This document shows positions 43,998-53,252 of a DNA stretch of 53,747 nt, piece by piece (positions within the stretch are counted from its first letter, which is position 1; every line of letters starts with the position of its first letter). The notes beneath the pieces were generated by a model, which did not search any database, was not told the DNA's origin, and saw only the letters and a program-made list of their open reading frames with translations. The translations under genes were made by a program, and so were the position numbers. The stretch is from Candidatus Velthaea sp. (GTDB lineage: Bacteria > Vulcanimicrobiota > Vulcanimicrobiia > Vulcanimicrobiales > Vulcanimicrobiaceae). The DNA is taken from contig JBEKHC010000024.1 in NCBI GenBank assembly GCA_050012475.1, forward strand, positions 1 through 53,747, written 5' to 3'.

Positions 43998-44351
43998 ATG
44001 TCAGACGCCATCCGCGAGCAGATCGAAAAAGAAATCGCCGCAAACCCGGTACTCGTGTACGGTAAGGGCACCAAAGACGCGCCGCGCTGCGGCTTCACGC
44101 TCGAGACGATTCAGTTTTTCAATAGTTTCGGTTACCCGTTCACCGTCGTCGACGTGCTCGAGGACATGCCCAAGCGCGCGGCCCTCTCGGCAATGACCGA
44201 TTGGCAAACGCTGCCCAAAGTGTTCATCAAAGGCCAGTTCTACGGCGACACCGACATCCTCGAACCGATGGCCGAAAAAGGCGAACTGCAGAAATTGCTC
44301 GACGAAACCTTTGCCGCCGAAGGCGTCGCGCCCGCGATCAAGCTGCACTAG
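43998..44351 (+). CDS. grxD: Monothiol glutaredoxin (Grx4/GrxD-like)
   Basis: KGT...PRCGFT and WQTLPKVFIKGQFYG motifs. Directly abuts bolA. Confidence 0.88.
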   Translation: MSDAIREQIEKEIAANPVLVYGKGTKDAPRCGFTLETIQFFNSFGYPFTVVDVLEDMPKRAALSAMTDWQTLPKVFIKGQFYGDTDILEPMAEKGELQKLLDETFAAEGVAPAIKLH

Positions 44352-44361
44352 CGCAAGCAGG

Positions 44362-44817
44362 GTGCCGCTCGAACTCTACGCACCCGGGAGCGAAGCCGAA
44401 TGGCTTCGCTCTTTTTCATGGTCGGCACCCTTCCGCCCGCGCTTCTTCGAGACCGACGCGCTCGGTCACGTCAGTAACGTTTTCTATACCGCGTACTTCG
44501 AGATCGCGCGGCTCGATTTTTTTAACTCGTTGGGCGATCCCGATCGCGAACCGCCGCCTAGCCTCGGCTTCATGCACAACGCGGTCGAGATCACGCAGCG
44601 TTTTGTGCGGCCGTGTTTCTACGATGAGGCGCTCGAAGTGCATGCCCGCGTTGCATCGCTTGGCCGCTCGAGCGCAACCCTCGAGCATGCGATAACGTCA
44701 AAAGGCGGCAGCGACGTTCGAACGGTCGCCCGGGTCGCAATCGTCTGCATGAAGCGCGGGCGATCCGCCCCTTGGAGTGACGCGCAGCGCGCGATACTGA
44801 CCGCGCTTTTACGTTAA
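44362..44817 (+). CDS. Acyl-CoA thioesterase (4HBT/YbgC hot-dog fold)
   Basis: RFFETDALGHVSN..Y..YFEIAR and LGRSS motifs. Confidence 0.85.
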   Translation: MPLELYAPGSEAEWLRSFSWSAPFRPRFFETDALGHVSNVFYTAYFEIARLDFFNSLGDPDREPPPSLGFMHNAVEITQRFVRPCFYDEALEVHARVASLGRSSATLEHAITSKGGSDVRTVARVAIVCMKRGRSAPWSDAQRAILTALLR

Positions 44818-45005
44818 CCGCTCGACGCTTGCAGCGCAGCACCGGGGTTTCGCTCGACATTCGACTTACGCCGGATGCTTGACGCTGCGCCCGAGAAATT
44901 GTTAACGTAGCTTTAATCTCTCCTCGTTCGACTGCCCGTGGCCGTGGCCGGACGTTCACTCTCGGCGCCGATGGAATGCCTACTTCGTAGGCAGGGAGTA
45001 TCGAC

Positions 45006-48000
45006 TTGAGCACAGTTCACCGAGCCGCGTTTATTGCAGCGTTGCTGATCGCTGTGATCGGCGCTCCGGTCCGCGCGGCGACGAACCACGCAACGGTCGT
45101 CGCCCAAACAGCGAGCGCAACCGGTACCGTGAGCGGAACGATCGTCGATTCCAACGGCCGGCTGGTGCCGGGCGCCGGCGTGACGGCAAACGGCGGCGGG
45201 CGCAGCCAAAAAGCCGTCAGCAACGGCAGCGGCACCTTCGCACTCGCGCTGCCGCCCGGAATCTACACCATCACGGTGAGCAAAGGCGGCTATCAGACCG
45301 CCCAGCAAGACGTCGTCGTCGCCGGCGGCGAGAGTATCAAGGCGAACATCACGCTCACCGTGGCGTCGCTGAGCAACCTCAACGTGATCGGGCGAACGTC
45401 GACGACGTCGACGCGCAACGCGGCAACGTTCAATGTGTCGTCGAACGCTGCGCCCAGCGTCGGCGTTCAAACGATCCGCGAACGCAACACCCCGGATCTC
45501 TCGCAGATCGTGCAAACGATCCCGGGCGTCACGATCACCGATAGCGCGACCAACGTCAACCACCAATTCGTCGTTCACGGACTGTCGAACGAGACGCGCT
45601 TGACGATCGACGGGCACCCGGTCTCGACCGGCATCTCCGGGCAATTCATCACGAACTACGCCGGCTCCGGACTGTTTTCGGCGGTCGACACCTACCAGGG
45701 CGCCGTCGTCGGACCGCCGTCGGCCGGAACGTCGGGGGCCGGCATTATCAATCTGCGCACGCCGGATTTCTCGGCCAAAAACGGCGGCTACGTCCTGACC
45801 GGTCTCGACCAGTACGGCGGCTCCCAGTATACGATCATCGCCAACGCGAACGCGCTCGACAACCGCCTGCAGGTCGTGCTCGGGAAATCGTTCAGCGGCT
45901 ACAACGGGCCCAGCAAGGGCGTGATCGCCGACGACATCAACACCGCCGAGAGCTACAACTTTCCGACCAACCCGGCCACCCTGCAGGCGCCCAAGCTCGG
46001 GTATTATCCGATCACCGGAAACTACACGGTACCGACGCTGGGGCAAGGACTCGCTCCGGCATACACGATCGCAAGCGCCACCGATTTCAGCAATACGTAC
46101 AGCCTCAACGCGCAGGTGACGAAGGTGCGCTGGAACTTCTCGCCGGCGACGTCGCTGGGGGCCGAGTTCCTGGGGTTACAAGGCCGCTACGATCCGCAAG
46201 GCAACGCCTACGGCCAGATCGCCGGCTACGAAGTCATCCCGCAATGCGTGAACGCGACGACGCTGCCGTCGAAGATAACGTACGACGCGCCGGGCAGCGG
46301 CGCGAAGTGCACCGTGACCTCGATTTACAACGCACCGTGGACGGCAAGCCAGATCGGGACGCTGCAGCCGCTGTATCAGTTCTATCCGGGCTCCGACGTG
46401 CGCCAGAACGAGCCCAACTTCAATCTCGATTTCAAGACCACACTGGGCGCCGACACGATCTTGTTCCGTCCGTATACCGCCAACATCGACCGCTTCATCG
46501 ACGGCAGCCAAGAGGCGGCGGTGCCGGGCAACGACGGCGGCTGGTCCGAAGTCACCAACACCGCCAACTGTCTGGTCAGCTACACCAAGCCGTCGGCGGC
46601 AAACGGCGGCGCAATCGGTCCGTGTTTCTCGGCAAACGCGGCCAATGGTTCGATCGGCTACGTCACCGCAAACAACACCAAATTCGGAACGCTCTTTCCG
46701 TATCAAACGACGGTGCTGCCCAATGGCGGCGCGGGCTGCTCGCCGGCACTACCCTGTTACACGACGGCGACCGCCCAGGCCCAAAGCGGCGCCACCGGCT
46801 ACGGCACCCCGTACAGCACGTTCGAGTTCGATAAACTCAACGGCTACACGTTCACCTACATTCATCCGTTTTCGCAAAATAACGTGAGCGTCACGTTCGA
46901 TCACTATCTCGACGATACGTTTGGCCTGTTCAACGATACCTCGCCGATCCCGGCGGGCTGCACGTACGTCCAGCCGACGGGCGCGACGAATACGCTCGCC
47001 GGTGCCGGTCCGAGCGGCCCGGGCTACGGCTATCAGCCGACCTGCCCGCTCACGAACTTGCCGTACTCACCGATCTCCACGCCCGAGACGGCTTCGTCGG
47101 TAAGCAGTCTGTCGTTTACCGGCCAATTTCAACTCTCGCCCAAGCTGGAGTTCGATTTGGGCAACTATTTCAACATGACCAAGATCCTTGGCCAGGTCGA
47201 AGATCAGGCGCTGGTGTCCCGTGCGATTGCCGCCGGAGCGAAATCGGGTTCCGTCGCGATCGCGCTGGTCCCCTCGACGGTCTTTTTCTCGCACTACGAT
47301 CCGCACTTCGGCTTCGTCTACCGGCCGACGCGCGATATCGCGATCCGCGCGACCGGCGGTTCGTCGCAGACGCTGCCGTTCGCCAATCAGCTTTCCGGAT
47401 TCACCAAAGTCAATCAAGGCGCGTCGAGCACCACCCTCACCACGCCCAATGCGGACCTCCAGCCCGAAGAAGCCGTCGACTACGACCTCGGGTTAGATTA
47501 TCGCACGCCGCACGGCTCGGTCTTCTCGGGCGACATCTGGAATTACACGATCCACAACCCGTTCCTCACCACGACCAACGTCGTCCCCGCAGGCTCGCCG
47601 CTGGCAGCCAGCTTCATCGGCGAAAACACCGGCATCTTGCTACAGTCGACGACCACCAACGCGCAGCAGCTGTATTCACAGGGGTTCCAGGTGGCATACC
47701 GTGACGAGCCGCGGGTCGGCTTCGGCTACTACGGCAACGCGACGTTCCAGCGCGTGTACTATCTCGGGCTGCCGGCGTCGCTGTTCTCATCGATCCAATA
47801 CCCGTACAACGGGCAGCAGCTCTTGAGCTCCAGCACCACGGCGGGCGTGCCGTATACCAAAGCGTACGCCGAATTCCGGCAAGCGTGGCGCAACGGATCG
47901 GTCTTGCGGATGGGCTTCGACTACGAAGGCTTCAACAACCCCAACAACTATTTTCCCTACATTCTCACCGATTTGACGATCAGCCAAAATGTCGGTGCCG

Positions 48001-48206
48001 GCGTCGTGCTCAGCGTCGTTGCCCAAAACCTCTTCAACACCAATTTCGGCAACGGCATCGCACGCTCGGTCGAATATCAAGGGAATTCGCCGATCGGCGC
48101 GCAGATCGTCGGCGACGAATTCACCTATGGGCTCAAGAACACGCAGAACGGAATCATCGGACCGCCGCCGCAGACGTTCTACTTCACGCTGAGCAAGCAG
48201 TTCTAA
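45006..48206 (+). CDS. TonB-dependent-receptor-like outer membrane protein with N-terminal carboxypeptidase-regulatory-like domain
   Basis: TTG start after GGGAG and a signal peptide. GTVSGTIVD...PPGIYTITVSKGGY, plug-like IPGV..IDGHP..G.INL, NADLQPE, QNLFN and a terminal Phe. Confidence 0.85.
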   Translation: MSTVHRAAFIAALLIAVIGAPVRAATNHATVVAQTASATGTVSGTIVDSNGRLVPGAGVTANGGGRSQKAVSNGSGTFALALPPGIYTITVSKGGYQTAQQDVVVAGGESIKANITLTVASLSNLNVIGRTSTTSTRNAATFNVSSNAAPSVGVQTIRERNTPDLSQIVQTIPGVTITDSATNVNHQFVVHGLSNETRLTIDGHPVSTGISGQFITNYAGSGLFSAVDTYQGAVVGPPSAGTSGAGIINLRTPDFSAKNGGYVLTGLDQYGGSQYTIIANANALDNRLQVVLGKSFSGYNGPSKGVIADDINTAESYNFPTNPATLQAPKLGYYPITGNYTVPTLGQGLAPAYTIASATDFSNTYSLNAQVTKVRWNFSPATSLGAEFLGLQGRYDPQGNAYGQIAGYEVIPQCVNATTLPSKITYDAPGSGAKCTVTSIYNAPWTASQIGTLQPLYQFYPGSDVRQNEPNFNLDFKTTLGADTILFRPYTANIDRFIDGSQEAAVPGNDGGWSEVTNTANCLVSYTKPSAANGGAIGPCFSANAANGSIGYVTANNTKFGTLFPYQTTVLPNGGAGCSPALPCYTTATAQAQSGATGYGTPYSTFEFDKLNGYTFTYIHPFSQNNVSVTFDHYLDDTFGLFNDTSPIPAGCTYVQPTGATNTLAGAGPSGPGYGYQPTCPLTNLPYSPISTPETASSVSSLSFTGQFQLSPKLEFDLGNYFNMTKILGQVEDQALVSRAIAAGAKSGSVAIALVPSTVFFSHYDPHFGFVYRPTRDIAIRATGGSSQTLPFANQLSGFTKVNQGASSTTLTTPNADLQPEEAVDYDLGLDYRTPHGSVFSGDIWNYTIHNPFLTTTNVVPAGSPLAASFIGENTGILLQSTTTNAQQLYSQGFQVAYRDEPRVGFGYYGNATFQRVYYLGLPASLFSSIQYPYNGQQLLSSSTTAGVPYTKAYAEFRQAWRNGSVLRMGFDYEGFNNPNNYFPYILTDLTISQNVGAGVVLSVVAQNLFNTNFGNGIARSVEYQGNSPIGAQIVGDEFTYGLKNTQNGIIGPPPQTFYFTLSKQF

Positions 48207-48234
48207 GCACGCCGTTTCGCGTAGCTCGAAGCCG

Positions 48235-48726
48235 ATGCCGAACTTCTGGCTCTTCAAAAGCGAACCCGACGTTTACGGAATCGATCGGCTCGAACGCGAG
48301 GGCCGGACGGAATGGTCGGGCGTGCGTAATTTTCAGGCCCGCAATTTCATGCGCGAGATGACGGTTGGGGAACTGGGTTTCTTCTATCACTCGAGCGTGA
48401 AGCCGCCGGGGATCGCCGGGATCCTCAAGGTGATCCGGGCCGCCTATCCGGATTTCACCCAGTTCGAGCGCGGCCACGAATACGAGGATCCGACCTCGCG
48501 GCCCGAGCGGCCCAAGTGGTGGATGGTCGACGTCGGCTTCGTCCGCAAATTCAACGCCCTCATCACGCTCGACGAATTGCGGTTGATGCCCGCCCTCGAA
48601 GGCATGGCCTTGCTCCAGCGCGGCCAACGCCTTTCGGTTCAGCCGGTTTCAGCCGAACAATGGGCGGCGATCCTGCACGTCGCCGACGCCCAGCCGCCGC
48701 CCGCCGAACCGTTTTTAAGGCTTTGA
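48235..48726 (+). CDS. EVE domain protein
   Basis: WLFKSEP, WSGVRNFQARN, FFYHS and RLSVQPV motifs. Confidence 0.92.
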   Translation: MPNFWLFKSEPDVYGIDRLEREGRTEWSGVRNFQARNFMREMTVGELGFFYHSSVKPPGIAGILKVIRAAYPDFTQFERGHEYEDPTSRPERPKWWMVDVGFVRKFNALITLDELRLMPALEGMALLQRGQRLSVQPVSAEQWAAILHVADAQPPPAEPFLRL

Positions 48727-48818
48727 TTTCGTCCTGGCAAAGGAGCCTAGCGGCGAAGTTTGCTTCAGCAAATGTGCCGCGAACCGACGAAGTCCAGGGC
48801 GAAATCGAAGCCTTAAAA

Positions 48819-50942
48819 CTACACCGCTTGATACGCGCGCAGCATCGTTTGCTGCGCGTCGACGCGCTTCTCGCCGGGCAGCACGCCGCGCCGTTCGTAC
48901 GATCCGTCGGCGTGCAACACCCGGGTCTTGACGTTGTCGGCTGCCATCAGATCGAGGATGTCGCGCTCGATGGTGTCGCCGATGTCCTGGTCGAGGACAG
49001 GGACCACGGTCTCCACGCGCCGGTCGAGGTTGCGGCCCATCCAGTCCGCGCTGCCGATGAAGATCTCGCGCGCGCCGGCGTTATGGAAAGCAAAGATCCG
49101 GGAGTGCTCGAGGAATCGCCCGACGATGCTGCGCACGCGGATCGTGTCGCTGACGCCGGGAATACCCGGGCGCAAAACGCACATCCCGCGCACGATGAGA
49201 TCGATCGGCACGCCGGCGCGCGATGCGCGATAGAGCGCCCGTACGATTCCGGCATCGGTGATCGCGTTGAGTTTCGCCCGGATGCCGCTGGGCCGTCCGG
49301 CGACGGCATGTTCGGTCTCGCGATCGATCAACGCCTCAAAGCCGATCCGCAGGCCGACCGGCGCAACCATGAGTTCTTGGTACGCGTCGGCTTTCGAGAA
49401 CCCGGTGAGCGCATTGAACAATTGGGTGACGTCCGAGCCGAGTTCGGCACGGCACGTGAAGAGGCTCAAATCGGTGTAGATTTTGGCAGTCTTGTCGTTG
49501 TAGTTGCCGGTGCCGAAGTGCATGTAGCGCCGAATGCCCTCGGGCTCGTTGCGCACGATGAGCGTGACCTTCGCGTGGGTCTTAAGACCCGCCAACCCAT
49601 AGATGACGTGCGCGCCGACACGCTCGAGGTTGCGCGCCCAATGGATGTTGTTTTCTTCATCGAAGCGCGCTTTGAGTTCGATGAGCGTTGCAACTTGTTT
49701 GCCGTTCTCGGCGGCGTCGATGAGCGCGCCGACCACCGGCGAGTTGCCGCTCGTCCGGTACAAGGTTTGTTTGATCGCCAGAACGCTGGGGTCGTTGGCA
49801 GCCTGGTTGACGAACTGCACGACGGGATCGAAGGACTCGTAGGGATGATGCAGCAGCAGATCGCCTTCGCGAATCGCTGCGAAGAGATCGGTGGTGCCGA
49901 TCAGCCGCTTGGGAATGGCCGGGGTGAACGGCGGATCGTGCAAGCCCGGCTGGTCGATGTTGACCAGGGTCCACACGTCGGACGTGGCGAGCATCCCATC
50001 GATCTCGTAGCAGTCGACCGTGCTGAGCGCAAGCGCATCGAGCAGCCGGTCGCGCAAGTGCGCCGGCATGCCCTGGCCGACTTCGAGCCGCACCGGTTCG
50101 CCGAAGCGGCGCTTGCGCAATTCGGACTCGATGGCGCGCAGCAAGTCGTCGGCTTCATCCTCTTGCAGATCGAGGTCGGCGTCGCGGGTAACGCGGAAAC
50201 CGTAAGCGCTCTTCACCTTCATCCCGGGAAAGAGCGCCCCGAGGTTGTGCGCGATGAGGTCCTCGAGCATCACGAACCAGTGCTGTCCGGCGGGTGCCGT
50301 TTCGACGGGCACGAAGCGCGGTAAACTCCCCGGAACTTTGACGCGGGCGAAATAGTCGTCTTGTTCGTCGCCGCGCGAGGCTTCTTCGAGTTCGACCGCC
50401 AGCGACAGCGACAGATTGGATATATACGGAAACGGATGACTCTGATCGATGGCCAGCGGCGTGAGCACGGGGAAGACCCGCTCGTCGAAGTACTTGTGCA
50501 TCAACGCCCGCGTTTTGTTGTCCAGCTGATCGTAGGGCAAGATGCGAATGCCGTGCCGTTCGAGCGCGGGCAAGATTTGTTCGTCCAGGCAGCGCATCTG
50601 GCGATCGAGCGAACCGTGCAGCGCGCCAAAAATCGCCGCCAGCTGTTCTTCGGGCAGTTTTCCGTCGTCGGAACGTTTGTGAATCTCGGCTTCGACTTGC
50701 TGTTTGAGCGCCGCGACGCGAATCATGAAATACTCGTCGAGGTTGGTCCCGAAGATCGCGATGAATTTGAGCCGCTCGAGCAGCGGGTTGCGCTCGTCGA
50801 GTGCTTCTTCCAACACCCGGTCGTTGAACTCGATCCACGTCAGTTCGCGGCTGATGTACAGCGATGGATCGTCCAGCTCGATCGAAGCGCCCGGCGGGTT
50901 TGCGGGGACGTCGAGCTCTTCTTCGGAACCGGTAAGCATCAT
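48819..50942 (-). CDS. ppk1: Polyphosphate kinase 1
   Basis: RELTWIEFNDRVL, NLDEYFMIRVA, HHPYESF, IKQTLYRT, KTHAK, GRFLEHSRI and SADWMGRNLDRRVE motifs. Confidence 0.97.
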   Translation of the reverse strand: MMLTGSEEELDVPANPPGASIELDDPSLYISRELTWIEFNDRVLEEALDERNPLLERLKFIAIFGTNLDEYFMIRVAALKQQVEAEIHKRSDDGKLPEEQLAAIFGALHGSLDRQMRCLDEQILPALERHGIRILPYDQLDNKTRALMHKYFDERVFPVLTPLAIDQSHPFPYISNLSLSLAVELEEASRGDEQDDYFARVKVPGSLPRFVPVETAPAGQHWFVMLEDLIAHNLGALFPGMKVKSAYGFRVTRDADLDLQEDEADDLLRAIESELRKRRFGEPVRLEVGQGMPAHLRDRLLDALALSTVDCYEIDGMLATSDVWTLVNIDQPGLHDPPFTPAIPKRLIGTTDLFAAIREGDLLLHHPYESFDPVVQFVNQAANDPSVLAIKQTLYRTSGNSPVVGALIDAAENGKQVATLIELKARFDEENNIHWARNLERVGAHVIYGLAGLKTHAKVTLIVRNEPEGIRRYMHFGTGNYNDKTAKIYTDLSLFTCRAELGSDVTQLFNALTGFSKADAYQELMVAPVGLRIGFEALIDRETEHAVAGRPSGIRAKLNAITDAGIVRALYRASRAGVPIDLIVRGMCVLRPGIPGVSDTIRVRSIVGRFLEHSRIFAFHNAGAREIFIGSADWMGRNLDRRVETVVPVLDQDIGDTIERDILDLMAADNVKTRVLHADGSYERRGVLPGEKRVDAQQTMLRAYQAV

Positions 50943-50956
50943 CGGCGATTCGCCGC

Positions 50957-51553
50957 GTGAGCGCGGACATCTTCGCGCATGTCGTGACGCACGTCGCGCT
51001 CGCGGGCTCAGCGCTGGTCATCGCCGCGGCCATCGGCATTCCGCTCGCCGCGGTGCTGGTCAACCGTCCGCTGCCGCATCGGATCGCATTTAGCGGCATC
51101 GGTGCGCTTCGCGTGGTGCCGAGCCTGGCGGTTCTCACGCTCGCCCTGCCCTATTTAGGACTTGGCTTCCGGCCGGCGCTCTTGGCGCTCGTCGTGCTCG
51201 CGATTCCGCCCATCGCGATCAACACCGACATCGGCTTGCGCACCGTCTCGCCGGCGCTTACCGAGGCCGCGCGCGGGATGGGGATGACGGCGGCCCAAAT
51301 CCGGCGCCGGATCGAGTGGCCGTTGGCGTTTCCGGTCGTCTTGTCAGGCATCCGAACCGCAGCGGTCGAAGTCGTCGCCAGCGCAACGCTCGCTTCGTTC
51401 ATCGGCGGCGGCGGATTAGGTGACTACATCATCGACGGCTTATCGACCAATGACGGCGGCGAGATTCTGGGCGGCGCAACCGCCGTCGCAGCGCTTGCCT
51501 TGATCGTCGACGCTGCCCTGGGCAGCGTGGCCCGCCGCGCGGTGACGGCGTAG
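50957..51553 (+). CDS. Osmoprotectant-type ABC transporter permease
   Basis: PSLA, EAARGMGMT, EWPLAFPVVLSGIRTA and IGGGGLG motifs. Confidence 0.9.
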   Translation: MSADIFAHVVTHVALAGSALVIAAAIGIPLAAVLVNRPLPHRIAFSGIGALRVVPSLAVLTLALPYLGLGFRPALLALVVLAIPPIAINTDIGLRTVSPALTEAARGMGMTAAQIRRRIEWPLAFPVVLSGIRTAAVEVVASATLASFIGGGGLGDYIIDGLSTNDGGEILGGATAVAALALIVDAALGSVARRAVTA

Positions 51554-52447
51554 ATGACGCGGCTCACGCGCGGGCGCACGTTGGCGCTGTTCGGCGCGGC
51601 GCTGGCGGCGGGCGGGTGCGGCGGCGGCGGTCAACCCCAAGTCGCGGTCGGCGCCAAGAACTTCACCGAAGAACTGATTTTGGGCGAAATCTACGCGCAG
51701 GTGCTCGCAGGCCACGGCTTGCGGGTGGCGCGCAAACTCAATCTGGGCGGAACGGATATCGCGATGGAGGCGCTGCGCCGCGGCGAGATCGATCTGTACC
51801 CGGAGTACACCGGAACCGCGCTGCTCACCCAACTCAAGCTCCAACCCATTGCCGACGGCAAGCGGATCTACACGCTGGTCAAAGCCGCCTACGAACGGCA
51901 GTACGCACTCACCTGGCTCGATCCCGCGCCTGCCAACAACACGCAAGCGCTGGCCACGACCGGCCCGATCGCCGCCAAGTACGACATCCGCACGTTGAGC
52001 CAACTCGCTGCGGCGGCCCCGCAACTGCGGCTGGGCGCGATCCCCGAGTTTCTCAAGCGCAGCGACGGTTTGCCGGGCTTGCAGCGCACGTACGGCGGCT
52101 TTGCGTTCAAGGAAACGCATCTCATCGACATCGGGCTGAAATACAAAGCGCTGCTGATCGGCGACGTTGACGTGGTCGTCGCGTTCGGCACCGACGGCGA
52201 GATCGCCGGCGACCATCTGGTGGTTTTCGTCGACGACAAACACTTTTGGCCGGCCTATAACGTCGCGCCCGTCGTCCGCGATCAGACGCTCAAAGCGTAC
52301 CCCGCGATCGCGACCTGGCTGAACAAGATAGCGCCGCTCTTGACCGATACGGTCATGCGTTCGCTCAACGACGAAGTCGCGGGCACGCAAAAGCGCGAAG
52401 CCGGCGACGTCGCCCGCGACTTCGTCAAGGCGCATGCTCTCGCATAG
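51554..52447 (+). CDS. Osmoprotectant-type ABC substrate-binding lipoprotein (OsmF/OpuCC-like)
   Basis: Lipobox ..GGC, KNFTE, LGGT, IDLYPEYTGT, EF..R.DG and DDKHFWPAY motifs. Confidence 0.9.
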   Translation: MTRLTRGRTLALFGAALAAGGCGGGGQPQVAVGAKNFTEELILGEIYAQVLAGHGLRVARKLNLGGTDIAMEALRRGEIDLYPEYTGTALLTQLKLQPIADGKRIYTLVKAAYERQYALTWLDPAPANNTQALATTGPIAAKYDIRTLSQLAAAAPQLRLGAIPEFLKRSDGLPGLQRTYGGFAFKETHLIDIGLKYKALLIGDVDVVVAFGTDGEIAGDHLVVFVDDKHFWPAYNVAPVVRDQTLKAYPAIATWLNKIAPLLTDTVMRSLNDEVAGTQKREAGDVARDFVKAHALA

Positions 52448-53252
52448 CCCGCAAGGCCAGTCTCGCGGAGCCGCGCTGCGCTTGCGCGGCGTCGGCGTGC
52501 GCTATCCGGGCGCGGCGGCAGCAGCCGTGCGCGACGTCGATCTCGATGTCGCGGGCGGCGAACTCACAGTGTTGCTCGGACCCTCGGGATGCGGCAAAAG
52601 CACGCTGCTGCGCACCGTGAACCGGCTGATCGAACCGACGGCGGGCAGCATCGCCGTCGATGGGGTCGACGTCGCGACGCTCGACGCGGTGACGCTGCGC
52701 CGGGGCATCGGGTATGTCATTCAAGCGGTCGGTTTGTTTCCGCACCTCACCATCGCCGCGAACGTCGGCGTCGTGCCGCAACTGCTGGGCTGGGAGCCGG
52801 CGCGGATCGCAGCCCGGGTCGACGAATTGCTCAGCCTCGTCCGGCTGGAACCGGCGCGTTACCGCGACCGTTTGCCGCGCGAGCTCTCAGGCGGCGAGCA
52901 GCAGCGCGTGGGCGTCGCCCGGGCGTTGGCCGCCGAGCCGCGCCTGCTGCTCATGGACGAACCGTTCGGCGCGGTCGATGCCATCGTACGGACTTCACTG
53001 CAGGACGAGATCCGCGCCATCCATCGGCAACTCGGAACGACGATCGTGTTCGTCACCCATGACGTCGATGAAGCGCTGCGCATCGCCGACCGGATCGTGG
53101 TGATGAACGGCGGGACGATCGTGCAGAACGACGTGCCGGCGCGGGTTCTTGCCGCACCGGCTGACGATGTGGTTCGCGGGCTGGTCGGGATCGACGCCGC
53201 GAGCCGCCGCTTCGCCGAAGCGCGGCCGCTGCTGGCCCGCGAATCGCCGTGA
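52434..53252 (+). CDS. ABC transporter ATP-binding protein
   Basis: GPSGCGKST, LSGGEQQRVG, LLMDEPF and FVTHD motifs. Confidence 0.93.
   Translation: MLSHSPQGQSRGAALRLRGVGVRYPGAAAAAVRDVDLDVAGGELTVLLGPSGCGKSTLLRTVNRLIEPTAGSIAVDGVDVATLDAVTLRRGIGYVIQAVGLFPHLTIAANVGVVPQLLGWEPARIAARVDELLSLVRLEPARYRDRLPRELSGGEQQRVGVARALAAEPRLLLMDEPFGAVDAIVRTSLQDEIRAIHRQLGTTIVFVTHDVDEALRIADRIVVMNGGTIVQNDVPARVLAAPADDVVRGLVGIDAASRRFAEARPLLARESP

Noticed and set aside
48770..48815. Hammerhead-like CCGACGA...GAAA between the EVE gene and ppk1
   Set aside because: The core deviates from CUGANGA, stem II is too short and no stem I/III with a cleavage triplet could be built.
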